Sequence record: SRR20825006_752
Reading direction: 5' to 3' (one strand)
Length of the DNA: 35,142 bases
Shown here: in pieces, positions 26,621 through 34,678 of the stretch
Numbering within the stretch: the first letter of the stretch is position 1
How the letters are laid out: each line of letters opens with the position of its first letter
The notes under the pieces: model-generated
Database searches by the model: none
The model's input: the letters and a program-made list of their open reading frames with translations, nothing else
What the model was told of the DNA's origin: nothing
Program-made: the position numbers and the translations under genes

Positions 26621-26947
26621 ATGCAAGATCCTCAAACGGGGTTGATCGAGGCGATCAATCGAATGGTGGGCGGGGCCGGTGTGACACTGATCGCCGCCTT
26701 TGTCGGGCGGGCAATGTTTCACGCGGGTGAGGTGCGGGCCAAGCGCCGCGCGGTGCTTTCGGTGGATCTCCTATGGGAGGTGCCGATTGCCTTCGGCATG
26801 GGGTTGGTCGGGGAGGGGCTTTCCGTTCAGCTCGATCTTTCTGACACGGCGGGCACCGCATTGATCGCGATCATCGCCTATCTCGGGCCGCGCTCGATCG
26901 GCGTGATGATTGAGGGGGCCTTGGGCCTTCGCAAGAAAGGGGGCTGA
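26621..26947 (+). CDS. Holin (LydA-like)
   Basis: 108 aa with 2-3 hydrophobic segments, LLWEVPIA.GM, AYLGPR, basic C-terminus; precedes the endolysin. Confidence 0.8.
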   Translation: MQDPQTGLIEAINRMVGGAGVTLIAAFVGRAMFHAGEVRAKRRAVLSVDLLWEVPIAFGMGLVGEGLSVQLDLSDTAGTALIAIIAYLGPRSIGVMIEGALGLRKKGG

Positions 26948-26948
26948 T

Positions 26949-27569
26949 ATGGACAGCAAAAAAGACGCGCGTCAAATTGCCGAAGAGATTGTCGCCCGCG
27001 AAGGCGGCTTTGTGAATGATCCCGCCGATCCCGGTGGGGCCACGAAATACGGTGTCACCATTGGCACCATGCAGCGCCTTGGCCTCGATCTCGATGGCTC
27101 GGGCACGATCACGGTGGCGGATGTGCGCCGCCTCACCAAGGCGCAGGCGGTCGAGATTTTCCTCGATCACTATTATCTGCGCCCGCGCATTGCAGAACTG
27201 CCAGAACAACTGCGCGCGAGCGTGTTTGATATGTATGTCAACGCCGGGGCGAATGCGGTGCGCATTCTGCAACGGCTTTTGTGCGACATGGGGCAGGTGG
27301 TGGAGGTTGACGGGGTGCTTGGGCCTCGGTCGCTTGAGGCTGCGCACAGGGCGGCAAAAGCCGCGTCGGATCACATTGCCGACGCCTATGCGATTGCGCG
27401 GCGCAACTACTATTTCCGGCTCGCGGATCAACGTCCGGCCAGTCGCAAATATGCGCGCACACGGGCAGGGGGCAAAGGTGGCTGGATATTGCGCGCCGAA
27501 GAGTTCATGTCACCGCGCTATCGTCTGACAGCGGGTGAATTTGCGGAAAGGGTCTCGGCATGGGGTTGA
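26949..27569 (+). CDS. Endolysin, glycoside hydrolase family 108 with peptidoglycan-binding domain
   Basis: REGGFVNDPADPGGATKYGVT, FDMYVNAG, VDGVLGPRS, GW..R. Confidence 0.92.
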   Translation: MDSKKDARQIAEEIVAREGGFVNDPADPGGATKYGVTIGTMQRLGLDLDGSGTITVADVRRLTKAQAVEIFLDHYYLRPRIAELPEQLRASVFDMYVNAGANAVRILQRLLCDMGQVVEVDGVLGPRSLEAAHRAAKAASDHIADAYAIARRNYYFRLADQRPASRKYARTRAGGKGGWILRAEEFMSPRYRLTAGEFAERVSAWG

Positions 27570-28135
27570 TTGGAAAAGCACTCGATAAGCTCGGCGGTGG
27601 GGCCGTGGGCAAGGTCTCCGGCGCGGTGCGCGATGTGGCCGAGGTTTGGACCGTCAACGCCGAAGAGGCGGACGGGCGCGACGCAGAGGCATTGCGGGCG
27701 GCGCTGACGCAGTACGGCGCGGAGTTTGGCGGGGCAGGGTGGTTTAACGCCCTGATGGATGGAATGAACCGCCTGCCGCGCCCGCTGATGACATTTGGCG
27801 TCTTGGGTCTCTTGGGGGCCTCGATGGTGGACCCTGTTTGGTTCGGCGCGCGCATGACCGGCCTCGCCTTGGTGCCCGATCCGCTGTGGTGGATCATCGG
27901 TGCGGTGGTGTCGTTCTACTTCGGCTCGCGCCACGTCGAAAAGCGCCTTGCCGTGGGGGCCGTCCAGCACGTTGCCGAAGTGGCAACGCGGGTTCCGAAA
28001 GTGGTGCAAGCCGTGCGCGCGATCGAGGCGCTGACACCCAAGGCAGCGGATTCGGGCGGTGATAGCGCCGCAACAATCGACGCGGTTCAGGTCGGGGATA
28101 ATCCGGCGCTTGAGGCTTGGAAGGTTGGAAAGTGA
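27560..28135 (+). CDS. GTA-type 3TM holin family protein
   Basis: DGMNRLPRPLMTFG...MVDPVWF..RM.GL.LVPDPLWWIIGAVVSFYFGSR. Confidence 0.85.
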   Translation: MGLIGKALDKLGGGAVGKVSGAVRDVAEVWTVNAEEADGRDAEALRAALTQYGAEFGGAGWFNALMDGMNRLPRPLMTFGVLGLLGASMVDPVWFGARMTGLALVPDPLWWIIGAVVSFYFGSRHVEKRLAVGAVQHVAEVATRVPKVVQAVRAIEALTPKAADSGGDSAATIDAVQVGDNPALEAWKVGK

Positions 28136-28140
28136 TTGGC

Positions 28141-28161
28141 CCGCCCGCGTGATGCGGGCGG
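28141..28161. terminator. Hairpin ending the lysis operon; boundary between phage backbone and cargo
   Basis: CCGCCCGC-GTGAT-GCGGGCGG; weak U-tract; base composition shifts after it. Confidence 0.45.
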
Positions 28162-28274
28162 ACAGTTTGCCTTCAAGGTCAGAGCGGTAAGAAGTACCTA
28201 GGAAAATGGACCACAACGCTTTCTAAAAATCTGCTCGGATTGCCAAAGGGCGAAGATGGCTCTAGAAATCGCTC

Positions 28275-28631
28275 ATGCTGATCATGGTTTGCGCTCTCAT
28301 TTCTGTTGTCGATGGTGATACCGTCAAATGCGATGGTCAAAGTATCCGTCTTATTGGCGACGGTGCTCCTTTTAAATCAGGCTTTGATACACCAGAAACC
28401 TACAGACCCAAGTGTCAGCAAGAGTTGGAACTTGGGCGCGCCGCAACTGCGCGTATGAGACAGCTTGTCCTTGACGCAGTGGGTATTGAGGACACAGGCC
28501 AACATGACAGATACGGACGCGTTTTGGGTCGTCTGGTATTGAAAAATGGCAAAACTGCTGGGGAAGTTCTTATTGAAGAGGGCTACGCAGTTCGTTGGAA
28601 GCCGAAAGCCAAAATTGATTGGTGCCGATAA
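28275..28631 (+). CDS. Thermonuclease (SNase-like) family protein
   Basis: VVDGDTV, IRL, FDTPET, DRYGRVLG, LIEEGYAV, C-terminal WC. Confidence 0.88.
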   Translation: MLIMVCALISVVDGDTVKCDGQSIRLIGDGAPFKSGFDTPETYRPKCQQELELGRAATARMRQLVLDAVGIEDTGQHDRYGRVLGRLVLKNGKTAGEVLIEEGYAVRWKPKAKIDWCR

Positions 28632-28721
28632 GTGTAGCTTTTAATACTCGTTAATGTCTTAATAGGCGCAGTTTTTAAGCTGATTGGTTTTCCAAATCGG
28701 CAGGATCAGGATTTTTAAACA

Positions 28722-29018
28722 ATGGCCAAGATAATAATCGCGGCGCTAATTGTGCTTTGTGGAATTGTATCGGCAACAGCCGAAACTCCGAATTTATCTC
28801 TGCCCACTGTAAGCACAGATGCCGTCGAATTTGTCGGCAACAGCGAAAGCGCTAGCACGTATTGGAGCGACGTGTTCGCCTCTTCAAACCAACAAGAAAA
28901 GATTTGGGCAGTTGCCTGCTGCAAAGTTTGCAAGAAGGGTAAGGCTTGTGGCGACTCTTGTATCAGTCGATCCTACAACTGCACCAAGGGCGTTGGCTGC
29001 GCTTGTAATGGATACTAA
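28722..29018 (+). CDS. Secreted protein with an 8-Cys C-terminal domain
   Basis: Signal peptide MAKIIIAALIVLCGIVSATA; CCKVCKKGKACGDSCISRSYNCTKGVGCAC. Confidence 0.75.
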   Translation: MAKIIIAALIVLCGIVSATAETPNLSLPTVSTDAVEFVGNSESASTYWSDVFASSNQQEKIWAVACCKVCKKGKACGDSCISRSYNCTKGVGCACNGY

Positions 29019-29020
29019 CT

Positions 29021-29089
29021 AAGGGCGGGAAGCCGACCTTCGCCGCGGGCATGATCTATGCACTGCCCCAAGATGAAGCGGACATTTGC
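29021..29089. repeat. Cassette-junction site family, left of the retron
   Basis: GAAGCCGACCTTCGC (29029-29043) and GAAGCGGACATTTGC (29075-29089), related to sites at 31845-32007 and 34139-34161. Confidence 0.65.
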
Positions 29090-29301
29090 AAGAGTGCATA
29101 ATGGCTAGTCTCTTGTGTTCTGTCTTAGACATTTTGCGAGTGTTTTGAACAGCATCGCGCGGCAAGGTACCCGGTCTGAATCTGCACGTTTTGGCAAAAG
29201 GAGGGTTGCAAACTTGTTGTTCCTATCAAAGGAATTAACTAAGTTGTTGCGGGCGAATGTAATTCTACTTAGCTTGGGCGAAAAGGTTCCAGCGTGAGAT
29301 T

Positions 29302-30174
29302 TTGTTTCTGCTGCGCCCTTCAGTTTACCAAGGGTCTGCGAAGGTGCTAGACGATAATCAGATCAATGAATGGTTGTTCGAATTGATGTTAAAACGCGAG
29401 GTTCTCGAAGGATTTGAACGACCAATCCGCGAGCTCGTCAAAATCTGTAAATCTGTTGAGGAATTTCATTTAGTCGCGCACACAGTGGAGAACTTAATTG
29501 TGCTGACGTCTGGTCAAATGTCCAAACAGCTCAACACAATGTCGGACTACATAAAAGATGAAATTGATGATGGCTCACCCCTAGCCATTGTCGCTATGGC
29601 TTGGGGGAACAGCCCTGATAGCTCTCAGGCTTTGGTGCAAATGCTTAAGCCGAAGTTTCGCCGTCTTGAAAATATAAAATTTTTTAACAGCGTCCCCGAA
29701 TACGAGAAGAAGTCATACATTGAAAAATATCCCAAGTTTGTTCTTGTCGATGACTTTGCGGGAACGGGGAATACCGTTTTGGGTCGTCTAGAACACATAT
29801 TGAAACACGCTAAAGGAAAAAAAGTTAATGTAGACCCGCACGTTTGCTTGCTGTTTGGGATGGCAAAAGCATTTGAGACTGTGTCCGCGCAGCTCGGAGC
29901 AACCCACTTTTGCAACAGGATCAAAGCTGGAATTAGCGGATACTTCGCGGGAGAGGAACTGACCCAAAGGATTTCCAACATGAAGCGGCTGGAGGAAGAG
30001 CTGGCTACAGACATAGACGGTCACCCCATGCCGTCTTTAGGCCATGGAGAGGCGGAAGCTCTGTTCTTTGTTAAGGACGGAAATGCTCCTAACTCCAACT
30101 TTCCGATTTTTTGGTGGCCAAAGGACGTCGACAACCTCGACCGTTACACCGTGATGGAGCGCGCAGAACTATGA
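29302..30174 (+). CDS. Retron-associated phosphoribosyltransferase-like effector (start may be GTG 29344)
   Basis: PRPP-binding loop FVLVDDFAGTGNT; C-terminal SLGHG...LFF....PNSNFPIFWW; operonic with the winged-helix gene and RT. Confidence 0.85.
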   Translation: MFLLRPSVYQGSAKVLDDNQINEWLFELMLKREVLEGFERPIRELVKICKSVEEFHLVAHTVENLIVLTSGQMSKQLNTMSDYIKDEIDDGSPLAIVAMAWGNSPDSSQALVQMLKPKFRRLENIKFFNSVPEYEKKSYIEKYPKFVLVDDFAGTGNTVLGRLEHILKHAKGKKVNVDPHVCLLFGMAKAFETVSAQLGATHFCNRIKAGISGYFAGEELTQRISNMKRLEEELATDIDGHPMPSLGHGEAEALFFVKDGNAPNSNFPIFWWPKDVDNLDRYTVMERAEL

Positions 30175-30542
30175 ACGAAGTAAAGCTGACTAGTGTAGAG
30201 ATCGTACTTCTTAAAGCTGCACTCCGCTTGCCCGATGGTGTCTTCGTAGGTGGAATAACGGCAAAAATGGGCATCTCCATGAGCGATGCTGTCTCCGCGT
30301 TCAGACGTTTAAGGCGCCACGGTTTTCTAAAGCAAAAAGGTGCTTCACTCCACCTTACCAGCCGTGGACGTGGCTGGATTATGGAGAACCAAAGCCTGTT
30401 CGCGTTCGCTGGCGAAAAAAACTGGCGCAGAGTGCCTGAGAGTTTTCGGGCCAATAAAATTCGCCCTTTTGAACCTTATGCGCCTCGCACCTCGAAGCTG
30501 TCGCGAACGGCTTTTGATGTTGGCGGGACTGGCGGAGAATGA
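30171..30542 (+). CDS. Retron-associated winged-helix protein
   Basis: ATGA-coupled to the PRTase; ITAKMGISMSDAVSAFRRLRRHGFL....SLHLTSRGR wHTH. Confidence 0.82.
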   Translation: MNEVKLTSVEIVLLKAALRLPDGVFVGGITAKMGISMSDAVSAFRRLRRHGFLKQKGASLHLTSRGRGWIMENQSLFAFAGEKNWRRVPESFRANKIRPFEPYAPRTSKLSRTAFDVGGTGGE

Positions 30543-30554
30543 TATGATTAGGCA

Positions 30555-30792
30555 AGAATGGTCGGCGTTAGCGTATAGAAGTGTAGTCGCTTCTACGGTT
30601 AAGGCTCTCGATAACCTGTCGAGAACTCGTTTTTTGAGTTACTCAAAAAGCCGAGTTCTCGTGAGCTCTTCTTCCGAAGGCTCCATATGGGAAACGAAGA
30701 AATTTTTGTTTTTTACTCAAAAACAAAAATTCTCCGATGCCCATATGGCAGCGATGCAAGCATCGAATTGAACAGGTAGCGTCGACCATTCT
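30555..30792 (+). ncRNA. Retron msr-msd ncRNA
   Basis: 16-bp terminal arms AGAATGGTCGGCGTTA (30555-30570) / TAGCGTCGACCATTCT (30777-30792, two G-U pairs); unpaired G30571 right after the 5' arm; msr stem-loops 30576-30595 and 30606-30624; long hairpins 30621-30660 and 30683-30748. Confidence 0.9.
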
Positions 30793-31833
30793 ATGAATTT
30801 TTCAACAGTAAACGCGTGGGAAGCTTACTTCCGAGACATCGGGATCCGGCAGGAGTTGTCCGCCTCCTACATGCCTTTTGTTCGATCATGTATAAAGCGC
30901 GGTATACCGCCGATTTTTGAGCATGAGCACTTGGCCATGCTGCTTGGGTTAGAGGTCGGTACACTGATGTCTATGGTAGAAGCGACTGACAGTTTCTACA
31001 GGACCTTTAAGTTAAAAAAAAGGTCGGGAGGCTTCCGCGAAATTAGAGCGCCATATCCATCCCTTCTTGAAGCTCAGCGTTGGATCAATGAGCATATTCT
31101 GAAAACGGTGAAGCTCCCCAATTGCGTGACTGGTTTTAGGGAAAAGTACTCGATCCTCGATAACGCCCGAATGCACTGCGGACGCGATGAGCTTGTGAAG
31201 ATGGACATTGAAGACTTCTTTCCATCGATTGGCTTTCGAAGGGTCATGTTTGTTTTTGTGAGCCTTGGCTACCCGCAGAACGTCTCCTACACCCTCAGTA
31301 AGCTTTGTTGCCTTGAAGACCAATTGCCGCAAGGAGCCGCAACCAGCCCAACATTGAGCAATATCATCTGTGGAAATATGGATCGGCACTTTTACAAAAT
31401 TTGCAAGAAACATAGGCTCCGATACACGAGATATGCAGACGATATTGCTGTTTCGGGCAAAGAGATACCATCGGGCATCCGTCGCTTACTTTTTGAAATA
31501 ATTGAGAGCGAAGGGTTTAGGGTAAACGAATCTAAGGTTAGATTTTTAGAAAAAGGCGATAGAAAAATCGTCACCGGATTGGATATTTCGTCAGGCAAAC
31601 CGAGGGTCACTCGTAAATTCCGTCGCGAATTGAAAAAGGATGTGTATTTTGTTTGGTCCGCCGGCCTGTCAACACATGTTGCTCGCCGCAAAATTTTTGC
31701 TCCGAACTACATCGATCACTTAGAGGGTCGCGTTCAGTTTTGGGCGAGTATTGAGCCTGATAACGTTCAGATGCAAAAAACCTTGGAGCGTGTCGAGCAT
31801 CTACGGTCCATCTACGGAAGATCAAGGTTCTAA
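30793..31833 (+). CDS. Retron reverse transcriptase
   Basis: KKRSGGFREI.AP, region X NARMH, MDIEDFFPSI, LPQGAATSP.LSN, YTRYADD, region Y VTG. Confidence 0.96.
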   Translation: MNFSTVNAWEAYFRDIGIRQELSASYMPFVRSCIKRGIPPIFEHEHLAMLLGLEVGTLMSMVEATDSFYRTFKLKKRSGGFREIRAPYPSLLEAQRWINEHILKTVKLPNCVTGFREKYSILDNARMHCGRDELVKMDIEDFFPSIGFRRVMFVFVSLGYPQNVSYTLSKLCCLEDQLPQGAATSPTLSNIICGNMDRHFYKICKKHRLRYTRYADDIAVSGKEIPSGIRRLLFEIIESEGFRVNESKVRFLEKGDRKIVTGLDISSGKPRVTRKFRRELKKDVYFVWSAGLSTHVARRKIFAPNYIDHLEGRVQFWASIEPDNVQMQKTLERVEHLRSIYGRSRF

Positions 31834-31844
31834 ACTTTGCGCGT

Positions 31845-32007
31845 GCGGCGAACGTCCTGAATGCGGGCTGCAATCGCAGCATCCAGATCTCATTGCGGAG
31901 GTCAGCACTGGGCCGAAAGTGACGTTCAATACCAAGGGCAGGAACTCTAAGCGCGTGAACAACGGCCCGCCTTGCCGATGTTCTGTTTTGCTGCGAATGT
32001 CGGCTTC
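31845..32007. repeat. Cluster of cassette-junction sites between retron and RM module
   Basis: GCGGCGAACGTCC (31845), GCGGAGGTCAGCACTGGGCCGAAAGTGACGTTC (31895-31927), hairpin GCCGATGTTC...GAATGTCGGC (31974-32004). Confidence 0.65.
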
Positions 32008-32603
32008 TATTTTCCGGCGACAAACGCGCCCGACTTAACAGCTATTACCAGTAGGGGGCATCCACCCGCGCCTCCCCCATCGATTTTAGGAATAAGCTTA
32101 TTAAGGTGCGTCGTGGATGCACCGTACTTGCTACCGATGTTAAGTGGCTTGAAAACATCAGCCTGCAAACCAGAGTCGCGAGTCACGATGATCCCGACAC
32201 TAATTGCGCCTAGCGTGTGGAGCATACGGAAGTTGTTGAGGTCACGATCATAGAACTCGGTCTTGTTATTCCATTCAATGTCGAGCGCGATGCGTCCCTT
32301 AACGCAATCAATCTTATGGGTGGGGGTCGCATAGGTTACACCATCAATCACCGTGGCTGTATCAAAGCCCTTTTCAGCCCAGCCTCGCTTGTACAGCGCG
32401 CCATCGAGGAAGCCTGAGACTAGGGACTTCCCTCCACCGCCTTGCGTAATGCTACTTTCCCTCAACTCAAATGCGCCGAGGACTTCACACAGGTCTTCGA
32501 ACTGTTCAGGGAATTCACCCTTCAAAATCGCCAAGGCATGACGCCATTCCATAATGCCGTATTTGTCCGAGAAACCTGCCGGGAAATAACTGTACGGGTC
32601 CAT
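32007..32603 (-). CDS. BglII/BstYI-family type II restriction endonuclease
   Basis: GGGKS, GWAEK, HKIDCVKGRIALDIEWNNK..FYDRDLNNFR, KYGASTTH..KL.P...GG.GGCP. Confidence 0.85.
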   Translation of the reverse strand: MDPYSYFPAGFSDKYGIMEWRHALAILKGEFPEQFEDLCEVLGAFELRESSITQGGGGKSLVSGFLDGALYKRGWAEKGFDTATVIDGVTYATPTHKIDCVKGRIALDIEWNNKTEFYDRDLNNFRMLHTLGAISVGIIVTRDSGLQADVFKPLNIGSKYGASTTHLNKLIPKIDGGGAGGCPLLVIAVKSGAFVAGK

Positions 32604-32604
32604 A

Positions 32605-32859
32605 TTAGCCTTCACTCAATTTCAGTTCTTGCTCAAACTGTGCGACGAAGTCGAGCAGGCTAACACCGCAGCAAAGAGCAATCTCTCGCACTTCGATCAA
32701 GGTTAACTTCCGTTGTCCAGCCTCATATTTCGAGACATAGCTTTGGGGATGCCCAAGCTTTCTGGAAAGCTGCGTTTGCGTTAGCTGCGCAGTTACTCTG
32801 ATACCGATCAGTATCTCTCGTTGAATTGTGTTCTGCACGTCTTGCTTATCGGTAGCCAT
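32605..32859 (-). CDS. XRE-family HTH controller protein of the RM module
   Basis: LTQTQLSRKLGHPQSYVSKYEAGQRKL; directly upstream of and co-oriented with the endonuclease. Confidence 0.88.
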   Translation of the reverse strand: MATDKQDVQNTIQREILIGIRVTAQLTQTQLSRKLGHPQSYVSKYEAGQRKLTLIEVREIALCCGVSLLDFVAQFEQELKLSEG

Positions 32860-32878
32860 TTTTCCACTTGACCCAGAG

Positions 32879-32933
32879 ACTCCGTCCGCATAGAAAACAC
32901 TATCCCGTTTTGGAATAGTGTTTACACCGGAGT
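32879..32933. promoter_or_regulatory. Palindromic operator between the divergent controller/endonuclease and methyltransferase genes
   Basis: AAACACTAT (32895-32903) / ATAGTGTTT (32915-32923) around TATCCCGTTTTGGAATA; outer ACTCCG/CGGAGT. Confidence 0.7.
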
Positions 32934-32977
32934 GCGAAGCCTTGCTCACAACTGTCCAAGACTCACCATGCCTGAAA

Positions 32978-34144
32978 GTGCAAGAATACCCAAGCCTCAT
33001 AAAGTACATGGGGTCCAAGTCCAAGATCATGGGATTTGTCCTTGGTGGTATCAATCACGTGCGCGACGACCGCCCTATATGCGACTTATTCTCTGGGAGC
33101 GGCTCTCTATCAGGTGCGATTGGGCAACAAGCTACCGTGGTGTCTAATGACATTCAGGCCTACTCCGGCTTGCTTGCTGATACATACAACCGGGCATATC
33201 GGGACCAGTCGACTCCTAGCGCCGATCAACTATTGGGTCTCGCTGCTGAAATCCTAGAGCGTCGTAAGCGCAAGTTGGTGGTGGACTATGGTAGTGATAT
33301 GCCCTTCGCGGTCTTCAATGAGCATGAGGAACGCCAGAGGGCGCTCTTGACCCAAGACTTCGATTATAGGTGGCACCTGTTCGCCAAGAACTACTCTGGA
33401 ACGTGGTGGAGCTATGAGCAATGCCTCTGGATTGATGCCCTTAGGGAAGTTGCTGAGGGCTACCGATCCAAGCCTATTTATCCTGCCATAATGTCTTCGC
33501 TGATGTTCGCAATGGCCTACGCAAGCCAAGGTACAGGGCATTACGCTCAGTATCGGGACGCCAAAACAAACTCGTCGCATAAGGACATTTTGATTTATCG
33601 GAAGCGCTCCATTGGTCAGTATTTCCAGAGGAAATACAACGACGTGTTGCAGTACATTCCTAACAAGCCCGTAATCGCGCGCCATCAATCAACGGCACTT
33701 GATTTTAAGGATTGTCTAAAAAACTTTGGTGGAGGCACAGTCTATGCGGACCCTCCGTATTGCTTCGTCCATTACAGCCGTTTCTATCATGCTCTGGAAA
33801 CACTAGTCTTGTATGACTTTCCGAAGCTTCAAGTCCAAAGGGGAAAAGTCGTCAAAGGACGTTATCGCGAAGAGCGCCACCAGTCTCCTTTCTGTATTCA
33901 GTCTCAAGTTCGCGGCGCATTTGAAGACCTTTTTAATGGCGTCAGGGCAAGCAACTCGTCTCTCGTGCTCAGCTATTCAAATACAGGTATGATTTCCTTG
34001 GACGAACTTCTTTCTATTGGCAGGAAAGCTCTGCCCAATTGGAAAATTGAAGTACTGACCACCGATCACGAGCACATGACAATGGGGCGAAAAGAGGATC
34101 GCCAACGCAGTGTAAAGGAGGGGTTACTTCTGGCACACGCGTAA
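32978..34144 (+). CDS. D12-class N6-adenine DNA methyltransferase (start uncertain: GTG 32978 or 32918)
   Basis: KYMGSK, DLFSGSG, SNDIQ, YADPPY, YSRFYH.LETL, LSYSN. Confidence 0.9.
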   Translation: MQEYPSLIKYMGSKSKIMGFVLGGINHVRDDRPICDLFSGSGSLSGAIGQQATVVSNDIQAYSGLLADTYNRAYRDQSTPSADQLLGLAAEILERRKRKLVVDYGSDMPFAVFNEHEERQRALLTQDFDYRWHLFAKNYSGTWWSYEQCLWIDALREVAEGYRSKPIYPAIMSSLMFAMAYASQGTGHYAQYRDAKTNSSHKDILIYRKRSIGQYFQRKYNDVLQYIPNKPVIARHQSTALDFKDCLKNFGGGTVYADPPYCFVHYSRFYHALETLVLYDFPKLQVQRGKVVKGRYREERHQSPFCIQSQVRGAFEDLFNGVRASNSSLVLSYSNTGMISLDELLSIGRKALPNWKIEVLTTDHEHMTMGRKEDRQRSVKEGLLLAHA

Positions 34145-34161
34145 GGTCGGCTCGGGGCCGC
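34139..34161. repeat. Cassette-junction half site between convergent stop codons
   Basis: GCGTAAGGTCGGCTCGGGGCCGC fills nearly the whole 21-bp gap; shares AAGGTCGGCT with the reverse complement of 29031-29040. Confidence 0.55.
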
Positions 34162-34165
34162 TTAT

Positions 34166-34678
34166 TTACTGCCTCTCCTCAGAAAAGGCCAAAGCTTCTA
34201 TCGCATAGTCCAGCGCGTCTTTTGTTGATGAGAAGCAATAGTGGACCTCACTCCATGCGGCGCTTGGTATGAGGAAACGAGTTTCGGATATTTCTATCGC
34301 TTGGTTCTCCAAGAAATGGTTCATGCCTTTGAAGCTGATGATCGCGTTTGCGATGATATCGACCTCATTAAGTTCTAGTAGCCCCAAGTCGGAAGAAAGG
34401 CTGTCAGAAAGAAGCCCACTCACTCTCCCAATTGAAATAGACTCATTGCTAGGGTTGCTTATTTCAAGGTTTTTCCCAAGCGCTCTGGCATAGTTTCTAA
34501 ACTCTGCCGCGAGGATACGGCGCAGCGCTTGCCGTTTTGTTTCAACCTGGCGAGCATGATCCTCTCTCGCATGTCTGGCGTTGGCGTTTAAGGTCCAAAT
34601 GACCCCAAGGAATCCGATGATCCCGACAAACGAGGTCTGAAAACGATCTGCAAACTCTATGGCTTCAGCAATGGTCAA
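34166..34678 (-). CDS. Hypothetical protein with one N-terminal TM helix and a helical soluble domain
   Basis: SFVGIIGFLGVIWTL followed by a charged coiled coil; 170 aa. Confidence 0.75.
   Translation of the reverse strand: MTIAEAIEFADRFQTSFVGIIGFLGVIWTLNANARHAREDHARQVETKRQALRRILAAEFRNYARALGKNLEISNPSNESISIGRVSGLLSDSLSSDLGLLELNEVDIIANAIISFKGMNHFLENQAIEISETRFLIPSAAWSEVHYCFSSTKDALDYAIEALAFSEERQ

Noticed and set aside
28158-28190. Additional junction-site copy (GCGGACAGTT...AAGGTCAG) before the SNase gene
   Set aside because: Similarity is too weak to call without a model, and it overlaps the lysis-operon hairpin.
28641-28678. Cluster of TTAA half sites as a CtrA box
   Set aside because: The closest pairs are spaced N6 and N4, not the canonical N7.
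30340-30771. 143-aa plus-strand ORF between the winged-helix gene and RT
   Set aside because: It overlaps the winged-helix gene and runs through the hairpin-rich ncRNA; the product is not protein-like.
30793-31833. RT as a diversity-generating retroelement or group II intron enzyme
   Set aside because: It has retron NAxxH/VTG motifs and an adjacent msr-msd; no TR/VR repeat pair, avd gene or maturase/endonuclease domain was seen.
32007-32603. Inferring AGATCT/RGATCY specificity from site avoidance
   Set aside because: GATC-containing sites, including AGATCT near 31885, are present; no avoidance is evident by eye and family membership does not fix specificity.
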